Origin: Octopus vulgaris
Lineage: Eukaryota
Assembly (NCBI GenBank): GCA_951406725.2
Contig: OX597827.1
Span: 50,778,001 to 50,842,000, forward strand
Direction of reading: 5' to 3'
Length of the DNA: 64,000 nucleotides
Below, piece by piece: positions 53,695 to 64,000 of the stretch (its first letter is position 1; each line of letters opens with the position of its first letter). Made by a program: the position numbers and the translations under genes. The notes beneath the pieces were generated by a model that was given only the letters and a program-made list of their open reading frames with translations, was not told the origin of the DNA and ran no database searches.

Positions 53695-54377
53695 AACAGA
53701 ACTGTGTGGATATAAGAAATACTTTTTTTGATGCGTGGAGTGGTGTGTACAGAAATAAAAATTCGATTACACAAACGAAATAACAATTCAGTTGTTCCTC
53801 CCAAATTATAGGCTCAGTAAATCCCATGGTTTCAGTTAGTAAATATGTGACACTCATATTTTGTTCCGATCAGAAACAACATATTCACAATAAGCGTAAT
53901 GTTTTATTAAGCTGGTCTGTAATGTTTTTTCGATACTTTAATGTAAAGTCAATTCATTTCAAATATAGTAGACCTTGTCAGCAATACACGTATGTGTCAT
54001 ACTATAGTATAGACAAAAGTCAGGCGATTATGTAATATACAAATTTGTTTGTTTTTTGCACACAAACCAATATAGCAAACATTCTTAAATAGATTCGGCC
54101 AATCAGAAGCAACTATATTTAAATCTCTTCTTTAATTAAATTACAATTTATCAAGGAACTTTATTATTGAAAGTTATAGTATTTTATAAATAGGACTGTA
54201 GATGAAAACACTTTTGAAAAATGTTTTAGAAAACAGTCTATAGCGATTAAATTGACAAAAGTTATACTCAATAACTATAATAACTATCATCACGTTTATG
54301 TTCTTTGTTCGACAGTGCTGTTGTAATGTATGTGTGTGTGTGTGCGTGTATGTATGATGTATGTATGTATGTATGTA

Positions 54378-54430
<53 letters not shown>

Positions 54431-54489
54431 ATTACGTGCGTGCGTACGTACGAATATATGTACTTATTGATATTATACGTTCCAACGTA

Positions 54490-54716
54490 GAAGACGGCGA
54501 GCTGGCAGAAACGTTAGCACGCCGGGCGAAATGCGTAGCCGTATTTCGTCTGCAGTTACGTTCTGAGTTCAAATTCCGCCGTGGTCGACTTTGCCTTTCA
54601 TCCTTTCGGAGTCGATAAATTAAGTACCAGTTACGCACTGGAGTCGATGTAATCGACTTAATCCGTTTGTCTGTCCTTATTTGTCCCCTCTGTGTTTAGC
54701 CCTTAGTAAAGAAATA
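54490..54716 (+). mobile_element. SINE family B, full length, 17-bp TSD
   Basis: TSD gatattatacgttccaa at 54469-54485 and 54717-54733. Confidence 0.93.
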
Positions 54717-55220
54717 GATATTATACGTTCCAAGGTAGTCTGCTGTAAAACAAATTATCGTTTGTTTGTTTTTTTTTGTTGTTGTTTTTCCTAATGATTT
54801 TATCCATTAGACGGCGATCATACTGGAGCACTAGATAAGTTAGTTATAAGGGGTTTCCTCACTTAAATTCATCATTAGCAACCTCATATTCACCATCGTC
54901 AGTTCCGGTTGCTTTGTAGTCCTCCTTGATTTCGTTATCGTCAGTTTAACTATCGACACTGTAAGATGGAGCGAATTATTTTATGAACCGACATTGATAT
55001 CCGTGAACACTGTCGCAGATTTGTAGACTAATATAAGCATTAAAAAGTTCTGTAAAGGATTTTCAGCATGTCACATATACGTAAATATATGTATTAATCA
55101 ACATCGAATTGACTTTGATTACCGAAGATGATTCGGGAATGATGAATAAAAAAGCTGTTCACTGTAGTTTGTCATAGAGAAAACAAATTCTTGTTAAGAA
55201 CAAAAAATTGTTAAAATACC

Positions 55221-55452
55221 TATTTCTTTACTACCCACAAGGGGCTAAACACAGAGAGGACAAACAAGGACAGACAAATGGATTAAGTCGATTACATCGA
55301 CCCCAGTGCGTAACTGGTACTTATTTAATCGACCCCAAAAGGATGAAAGGCAAAGTCGACCTCGGCGGAATTTGAACTCAGACCGTAACGGCAGACGAAA
55401 TACGGCTACGCATTTCGCCCGGCGTACTAACGTTTCTGCCAGCTCGCCGCCC
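55221..55452 (-). mobile_element. SINE family B, full length, 12-bp TSD
   Basis: TSD tgttaaaatacc at 55209-55220 and 55454-55465. Confidence 0.93.
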
Positions 55453-56289
55453 GTGTTAAAATACCGTCGTCAGCTTAGAGCGCCCTCTGTTGGACTGATT
55501 AATGCATTTCGAATTTGTTTGTTCTTTCAGCTCCAGGTAGCAACAAAAACAACTTATTAGGAAGTAAAGCTTCCTTTATTGTAAACCAGTAAATAATATT
55601 TACTGGTTTCCCATATTGGCTGCCAGGCCGGAACAAATACGTGTGTAGATGCACGAAGCAGCAAAGGAAAGTGTTCAAACTGGATACCAGTTCAAATATG
55701 TGTGCAAGATATTTCAGCTGCAGTTTTTCATGATGAAAAAAATATTCACTCACGAAAAAAGGTGTTAAAACGCCGGGTACAATGAGTTGACTATCGTATT
55801 TTAATACTTTTTGTCTTAAGCGAGAATTTATTTTAGCCATGATAAACTGCACTGAACAACCTTTACACATTCAAATATCTTTCAACCATATCTGAACTGG
55901 TATTTAGTTTTTATATATGCGTGTGTGCGTGCGCGTGTGTGCGTGCGCGTGCGTGCGTGTATATCTATGTACGTATATATACATATATGTACATATATGA
56001 ATGTATATACATCTACATACATATATGTGTGTATGTGTGCGCGAGCGTGTGTATATGCGTGTGCATGTGTACAGACACACATATGAGCAAACAGATTCTA
56101 AAGAGAATGGTGTTGATCTTCGTCGACAAGGCTTGCATTAAATAGTAAAATCGACAAAGGGAGTGCAATGAAGTTGCCGTTGGTGAGTCGATATTCAATC
56201 TTTCGGACAGTCCTTCTTCAAGAAAAGTTAACAGAGGAGAAATTAATGAGACACAGCAGCACAGTTTTACATCATCTAAGAAAAACTGG

Positions 56290-56425
56290 CTGCTTTCCAA
56301 CCACCTGGTTCCAGATTCAGTCCTAGTGCGTGATACCTTGGGCAAGTGTCTTCTACTATAGCTTTGGGCTGACCAAAGCCTTGTGAGTGGATTTGGCAGA
56401 CAGGAACTGAAAGAAGCCCGTCGTA
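56290..56425 (+). mobile_element. SINE family A partial head, preceded by a small mariner-like relic
   Basis: Family A match; upstream ~56228-56290 translates LTEEKLMRHSSTVLHHLRKTG (mariner second HTH-like, weak). Confidence 0.7.
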
Positions 56426-57409
56426 TGTATGTGTGTGTGTGTGTGTGTGCGTGTGTGTGTGTGTGTGCGTGTGTGTGTGTGTGTGTGCGTGTGCGCACTG
56501 GTTGAGGTGTTTTCAAAGTACCCGCAAACTCATGTTTCACTCATATGATTGCGGTGACCCAGTAGCTATAATAGAATGTTCTTGTCGACAGAGTCGCGTA
56601 GTAGAATCGAACCTGAAAACATTTGGTTATGAAATGAATTTGTCAACCACCCAGCCACGCCTACGCACAGTTTGAATCTCGTTTGACAGAGAACGATTAC
56701 TCGTTTTGTTGTGAGACGTAAATAAGATTTCCGTAAATTGACCAAAATCAATAGACAACGGCATGTGTTCTTATCATGGTTTCTGCCGCTCGAACAGAAT
56801 ATCCGTAATTTGCCAATGTCTTTGCAAACAGTACCATTTTTTTTTATCTTGCAAGAAAAAAAAATACATCAGACTACCAGGAAATTTGTGTTATAAGAAA
56901 GAGATTCTCTCATGATTAATGTTCAATGAACGCTTAGAAAACAAAATTCTCAATTTCATGCACACCACCTTATCAGTAATACAAACTGAAACTAATCTAA
57001 TCTTATATTTATTGTGATTATTCTTTTTCATCATTTAATTGTCTCCAAATATATATTTGACGCGAAACACAAAGAACCACATAATATTGAATAAATAACT
57101 TGATAATATCTGGTAACTGAAGTGAAAAACAGTCATAATCGTAGTCCATATTCTGGCCAACTTTCAGCAGTGTTCATCTACGAAATGGGCGTATATTCTG
57201 TATAGTGGATATATACAAGGGCAAGTTAACCGACACCATTTTCAAACAGGCTCTCAAGTCATGTGATGAGCAGTGGATTGGTGTCATCAATATATTATGG
57301 CTGTTACTCCTTAGACTCACGTTGCTATGGATTGAGCAGATCTATGATCATACACCTTCCAGCCATGACTAGCCTGTCTTTTTCGGGTATCATTGTATCT
57401 GATTCTATA

Positions 57410-57684
57410 ATAACAAAATAATGAATAAAACATATGCATATAAACATACATATATGTACGTACCTACTTCTATATGGATATATACATGCATATATGGGTA
57501 CAAGACACCAAAATACGTCGAACACAATGAGAAACGAAAACAAAAACGTTTTTATGTTTTCGTTTCTCATTGTGTTCGACGTTTTTTTAGTGTCCTGTAC
57601 CCATAAATGCATGTATATATCCATATAGATGTAGGTACGTACATATATGTATATATGCATGTGTTTTATTTATTATTTTGTTAT
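57410..57684. repeat. ~275-bp palindrome made of two inverted copies of repeat family D
   Basis: Centre aaaaacgttttt (~57547); arms ataacaaaataatgaataaaacatatgcat... / ...atgcatgtgttttatttattattttgttat. Confidence 0.92.
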
Positions 57685-59566
57685 ATGATGGAACGCCACA
57701 CATCCACTTCCAAGTAAGTTTTATCTAATTCTATAGCCTAATATGATCTCAGATGTCATCATTTTTTAAGAAATAGCATATAATTTTAAACATTTTCTAG
57801 CTACTTCCAGGAGCTTAAGAGGCCTATATTAAATAGTTTGAATCGGCAACGGTTAAGTAAACAGTTGTAGCAAGTCAGGCAAATCAATTTCAGTCAACGT
57901 TACGACATGCTAAGACAGAATATCTTCGCTTGTATAAAAAGCCTGTTTACCTGTAGCAGCAGGTGAACAGATGTCGGCGTATTACTTAAAAAGGACAATA
58001 GCGTGTACGATTTTGACGTTGCTTTAGTCCATTTGGAAGCAGAAAAAGAAAGAGTATGCGTAGGAATACTATTTGTTTATAATGGCATAGCCTCTAACTA
58101 TGTCGTGGTCTCCAATTTGGTTTTGAAATGGCGTGGGAGTGAATATTTCTGAATATATTTCAGTCAGAATGTATTTTTTTCAGAATCACTAAGATGTTAG
58201 TCCGAACAAATCACAGCTTGTATTCTCTTAAGCACAGTACCACACAGCTGGTTTGAACATTGGTCTTTCCTAACTATTCGTTTGCGCAAATTTTACGATT
58301 GATACTAGCGAGAAAATCCGTTGTTATTGCAGCCATTGTAGCATGCTGAGTTATAAGAAAAGATCTCCAATACTAAAAAGTGAAATCGGTTTCAGCTCAT
58401 TAATTCTCACCTTAAAGCAGCAGAACGGACAGGTACGAAGTTCTACGGCAAGAGAATGAACCGATGAACTGATGAGTACAACATGATACTGAAAAGCTGA
58501 GCTCCAAATTTGTAATTAGGTAATTTACGTTTATGGGTCACTTCCGGGGAAACAGCAGCTTGCATATTATTTTAAGCCACCATGCAGCTCCATTTAGAAA
58601 TATTATTGCTTAGTTATTAACTAGAATGATCTACAAGGATCTAGAAATGTTGGTTTAAAGAAAGCGTTTCTCATCTGACTGGAAGAAGACTTAGTCCATC
58701 ACCCGGCTTAACATCACCATCTAGTTTAGGTGGTCTTAGCAGAGTTTATACTCTTCCAAACAATCGAACCAGGACTCTGATATTATAACATCCCACCATC
58801 CTCGGAGACTCTGAAAATAAATGGCTGTGAGATTTGCCTTACCCCAAAACTAAGCTGTGAAAACGTCTGCGATTAACCAGCGTTGCAATCAAGTAAAAGA
58901 AAAAAAAGAAAAATAACATCTACAGCTGGACACCGAGTTGCAAACTGAAAAGTCAACACGAGTTAGAAATGGAGGTGATTATCAGCATTAGTTAGGAGAA
59001 GGACATCTCTTGGACGAGTTTCATTTGTTGAACGTGGAGAAATAAATGCAGAAGTAATTTAGCTTACTCAAAACCATATCGGGAATTTCGTGAAAATTCT
59101 AACTCCAGAGATACGATAGCCGTCTTGTGCCAGAACTAACTGGGAACTAAATATGCTTTGATATGCTACTTATGTTCTTTTCAATTGCAGAGGGTTTGAG
59201 GGAATCTGGAGCTACATTAGGCTAGCCTCACATATTAGAAGAAAATATTGAAAAACTCCACGATAAACAGCAGAATCAAATGAAGTGCAAACCTGATCGT
59301 TCCATATTATTTTCAACGAAAAATGAGGTGAACAAGGATGCAGATTATCACCCACGTATTCTTCAGTATGCTTTTTATTTTACTGCTTGAGACCAAACAC
59401 GATTTCCAAGAGAATAAACGTTTTAAAATGCGAAAAACGTTTCTTTCGGCGACATAGCATAGGCGGCTTGTTTAGTATTCGAGTTTATCTGCGTCATATT
59501 CTAGTCCTCACTAAGCGCATGAGTTTTCCGAAGCAGTATTCACAACTTTCTTGAAACCTGTGTACA

Positions 59567-59647
<81 letters not shown>

Positions 59648-59689
59648 TTCCGTATATATAAGAATATATATATCCCTATATGTATATTT

Positions 59690-59744
<55 letters not shown>

Positions 59745-59816
59745 TATATACATACATATGTATATACATATATATATATACATACATATATATATATACA
59801 TATATATATATACATA

Positions 59817-59856
<40 letters not shown>

Positions 59857-59874
59857 ATATGTATATGTATATGT

Positions 59875-59997
<123 letters not shown>

Positions 59998-60010
59998 CGT
60001 ATATATATAT

Positions 60011-60256
60011 AAATGCCTGAGAGACTTGCATGGTGTGGATGTAGGTTTCTTTAAAACTAAACTGGATCTTTTCTTGTCGGGGGTCCTAGATGAACCTACC
60101 TCCTAGATGAACCTACCTCCTAGATGAAACTCCATTGTTGACCAAGTGCCACGTATCAGAGGTGGATTCACATACTAGTGTAGCTCATTCAGCGGTGGTG
60201 CTCCAGCATGGCCGCAGCCTTCAGGCTGAAACATTTTTAAGGATTTAAGGATTTTA
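60011..60256 (+). mobile_element. CR1-group LINE 3' end with 3' UTR stem-loop and (tttaagga)n tail
   Basis: [30 protein letters not shown]...NSIVDQV corresponds to the LR....FK.KLD.FL..VPDEP...NS..DQ C-terminus. Internal 17-bp tandem triplication at 60084-60128. Flanked by (TA)n. Confidence 0.8.
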
Positions 60257-60349
60257 TATATACATATATATATACGTATATATACATATGTATATATATA
60301 AATATATATATTTATAAATACATATATAAATATATATATATACATGTAC

Positions 60350-60400
<51 letters not shown>

Positions 60401-60410
60401 GCATACATAC

Positions 60411-60452
<42 letters not shown>

Positions 60453-60463
60453 CTTTTGCCACA

Positions 60464-60520
60464 TGTATCACTGACGAAGAGAGGGCTCTTAGTAGCTTAC
60501 TCTGAAATCGGTCCGATATG
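60464..60520 (+). ncRNA. Type-I hammerhead ribozyme motif in a (TA)n-bounded island (60452-60672)
   Basis: tgtatca CTGACGA AGAG-a-GGGCT-cttagt-AGCTT-a-CTCT GAAATCGGTC cgatatg. Intact core, 9-bp stem II, GUC triplet (cut after 60513), stem I with a first-pair mismatch. Confidence 0.75.
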
Positions 60521-60672
60521 GTAATAATGGAATTTTTTAGAAGTGTCTGTCGACCTTATTTTGAGTTGCGTGCGTATTGTGAAAAAATTATATGGTTAAT
60601 GGACAATATGTCCAATTTTTCGGCATATTTGGCATTGGAAATTTTTTCCTTTGCCCTCATTTATGAATTGTT

Positions 60673-60746
<74 letters not shown>

Positions 60747-60763
60747 ATATATATGTATGTATG

Positions 60764-60845
60764 TAATAGGTCATCCCATAAGTTCTATCCGAATTTTGAA
60801 TAAAGAAAACATGTGATCAAATGTTATATTTAATTGAAATTTATC
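60764..60845. mobile_element. Probable isolated mariner terminal inverted repeat
   Basis: ta-ataggtcatcccataagttctatccgaattt resembles mariner TIR ends; no partner end seen. Confidence 0.4.
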
Positions 60846-60846
60846 T

Positions 60847-61145
60847 TCGAAACGCGGAGTAGATGAAACAGGGACAACTGAAAAAGGGGAATATTCTTTA
60901 TGTTGTGTGTCTCGTTTCTCTGTTTCTTTCCTTATTCGAAAAAAAGTTCATTTCTAAGTTTTTGTTTCTATGTTTTCGTTTCTCATTGTGTTCAATGTAT
61001 TTTTTTATGTCCTATACCCATATGTGCATGTATATATACATATATATGTAGGTGTGTACATATATGTATATATATATATATGCATATGTTATTATATCAT
61101 TATATGATCGAACGCCCCACATCCTTTTCCAAGTAAATTTTATAT
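60847..61145. repeat. Repeat family D copy
   Basis: Homologous to the 5190 and 38060 copies; shares the extension tgatcgaacgccccacatcc..ttccaagtaa with 57686-57720. Confidence 0.8.
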
Positions 61146-61182
61146 ATTTTTCGATTTGGTTTGCAAGATTCTTTATATATAT

Positions 61183-61255
<73 letters not shown>

Positions 61256-61371
61256 CACGTACATATATATATATATATATATATATGCATATATATATAT
61301 ATTATACATACACATACATATATACATACGTACACATATATACATATATATCCGTACACATATATATATTT

Positions 61372-61582
61372 TTATTCTTTTATTTGTTTCAGTCATTTCA
61401 CTACGGCCATGCTTGAGCACCGCCTTTAGTCGAACGCCAGGACTTATTCTTTATATGCCTAGTTCGTATCCTATCGGTCTCTTTTGTCGAACAGCTAAGT
61501 TACCGGTTAATAAATACACCAACATCTGTTGTTAAGTGATGGTGAGGGACAGACACAAACACAAACACACACACACACACAA

Positions 61583-61652
<70 letters not shown>

Positions 61653-61815
61653 GACAGGCTTCTTTCAGTTTCCGTCTACCAAATCCAGTCACAAGGCTTT
61701 GGTCGGCTCGAGGCTATAGTAGAAGGCACAAAGTTCCCAAAGTGCCACGCAGTGGAACTGAACTCAAAACCATGAGGTTGATAAGCAAGCTTGTTACCAC
61801 ACAGCTATGCCTGCG

Positions 61816-61818
<3 letters not shown>
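61372..61818 (-). mobile_element. SINE family A, full length
   Basis: Reverse-complement tail, internal (CA)n(TA)n, and head ending cctgcgcct. Confidence 0.9.
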
Positions 61819-61885
<67 letters not shown>

Positions 61886-61904
61886 GGTGTGTGGGTGGGT
61901 GTTG

Positions 61905-62113
61905 TTTGTGTGTCTATGTTTGTCCCCCCAATATCGCTTAACAACCGATGCTGGTGTGTCTACGTCCCGTAGCTTAGCGATTCGACAAAAGAAACCCATA
62001 GAATAAGTACTGGGCTTACAAAGAATAAGTCCTGGGGTCTATTTGTTCGACTAAAGGCGGTAATCCAGCATGGCCACAGTCAAATGACTGAAACAAGTGA
62101 AAGAATGAAAGAG
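61905..62113 (+). mobile_element. SINE family A, 3' half
   Basis: tttgtccccc...ggcggtaatccagcatggccacagtcaaatgactgaaac tail. Confidence 0.9.
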
Positions 62114-62141
62114 TATATATGTATGTATGTATATATGTATG

Positions 62142-62222
<81 letters not shown>

Positions 62223-63890
62223 ATATAGTTATAGATATATATGTGCGTATTTATAATGTTTATTCTTGTATATATATATGCATATATATATGTGTGTGTG
62301 TATGTGTGTACAATACACTCACATACACATATGTACATACACTCCACGAGTTTGTTTTTCACGAAAGTCTCTGAGAGAGAGAGAGAAAGAGAGAGAGACA
62401 GAGAGAGAGACAGAGAGAGAGGATGCTTGTGAGTGCATGTGCGTGTAACAGTAAAGAAACAGTGAATAACTGGAGTTTTTCTTGAATAATCATCCAATCA
62501 AAGTGATATCCACTAATCTCAGTTTTCTCCCCACCTTTAATGAATTCTGAAGCCTGGTGTTGTCATTGTGTAAAATGAAAATGAAGTGAAAGAAATGTGA
62601 CTGGTGTTTCTTACAGATATTCATCACGGCAACAAACTGAAATAGTTGTAAGAAAATACTGATAATCACTAGACTTATGCAGCTGACACTACTCTATCAT
62701 TAATACTTCAGTGAAACCAACCTGTTTGCTAAACCTATTTATCTATATAGTGATTAGCCCATCTATTCAACCATCTGGCGTGTATTTATTTTACCAGCCT
62801 CTATCCGTCTTCCATCTACCCAAGTTACCGTCTTACCATATAGTCAGCAAGTTATTCTCGTGCAAGCCATCTCATTAGTTTTACTGTGTATCGTGACCAC
62901 GTCGATTGCAGCTACATGTCGGGAGAGAGAAAAGTTCGAACATAGGCTAACATAGAAATCACACTGGAAGAATAACAGTGCAGCGAAAATTACCATGAGA
63001 TGCTGAACGACAGATAGGCGAAGAGAGAGAGAGAGAAAGAAGAGATAAACTGTCAGGAAGGAAGAACAGAACGTCTAGCCAGAACGAGGTATGACTGTAT
63101 TAAGCGATGTTCTACAGCGAGCCTTGTTCCTCGGTGGAACGGTATAGCAACTGAAGGACCGATCACCACATACGCTTCCATACACCACACCAATACTCAT
63201 AGATAACTTCACTTTACATGGACCTCTTTCCTGGCTAATGCATGACTGCATATAGGAAGTAAACGTGAGAGGCTGGTGTATACAGGCAGACTGTTGCAGT
63301 GTTTATCGAGCATCTAAGAATTGTTGGAGAAGGCACGAAGGAAGTAGGATTAAAACAAAAACTGAAAGAGACAGAGATTTCTCTATTAAGGTATTTCTTC
63401 TGTTCGATAGTTTGCACAGGCTTTTAGCGAGATTGTCCCAGCTGTAATATAGAATTAAATTTATATCAGCACCTCAACTCTATACGCCGCCGAATCGTAC
63501 GTAGACAGGCTACTACAGTTGTTTTCGCTCTGGAAAAAGACAGGGAGGGATATATATACATATTCAGGTCGTTGTCATAGGTGAAAAACACTGGCCCACT
63601 CTGAGAAACCTATCAGTGTTTATAGGAATTGTTACATTGGTGTATATACAGACGGAGACACGGATAAATTCAGTGATGGAGCTACCGACTGTCAGCCAGT
63701 CGGGGCTACTTCTGACAACAAAAACGAACAAAATCGGTAAGAATCTCTTCTCATTTTCAAATCCAATATTCTATTTCATAAAATTTAATAAATTTTCGAC
63801 ATTTACTGCAACTTCGATGTCTGTTCTTCTCTATTTTGAATGGAAGCGTAATAGCTGTTATTTAACTGTCCCAGGACCTTAAACTGGCGC

Positions 63891-63980
<90 letters not shown>
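63891..63980. repeat. (GATA)n microsatellite
   Basis: Direct observation. Confidence 0.95.
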
Positions 63981-64000
63981 CACACATACACGCACACACA

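Noticed and set aside
58469-58505. CTGATGA...GAAA hammerhead-like core
   Set aside because: Stem I cannot form and stem III is mismatched.
58540-59130. Possible Tc1/DD37D transposase relic (FQSDEKRF on the minus strand)
   Set aside because: Single short motif; surrounding sequence not alignable by eye.
60084-60128. 17-bp tandem repeats (also the 39-bp duplication at 40309-40380) as a CRISPR-like array
   Set aside because: Head-to-tail slippage duplications without spacers, in eukaryotic DNA.
63060-63450. Possible further PLE endonuclease relic on the minus strand
   Set aside because: Only vague Cys-motif resemblance; insufficient support.

Overview
AT-rich, microsatellite-dense animal genomic DNA. 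The SINE families suggest an octopus/coleoid cephalopod (inference from recalled repeat sequences, not from a search). No host protein-coding gene can be supported; almost all ORFs in the supplied track are microsatellite or SINE artefacts. The main feature is a young, 5'-truncated Penelope-like retroelement (PLE, ~8138-11621, + strand). It has an upstream low-complexity ORF, a U-UUU-UUA slippery heptamer leading into a -1-frame RT + GIY-YIG polyprotein, and ~220-bp inverted pseudo-LTRs differing at two positions. Each pseudo-LTR carries a minimal type-I hammerhead ribozyme with a compensatory U3-A8 core. The element is nested in the internal (TA)n of a SINE. At least five further hammerhead-like motifs with unrelated flanking sequence sit in short islands next to microsatellites. 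The window also holds three tRNA-derived SINE families (several with clean TSDs, one TSD-flanked chimeric dimer), a CR1-like LINE 3' end sharing its terminal stem-loop with one SINE family, and RTE and R4/Dong-like LINE fragments. Further repeats include old PLE fossils, mariner and piggyBac-like relics, a complete non-autonomous Helitron, and many long palindromes/fold-backs. All alignments, translations and foldings were done by eye.
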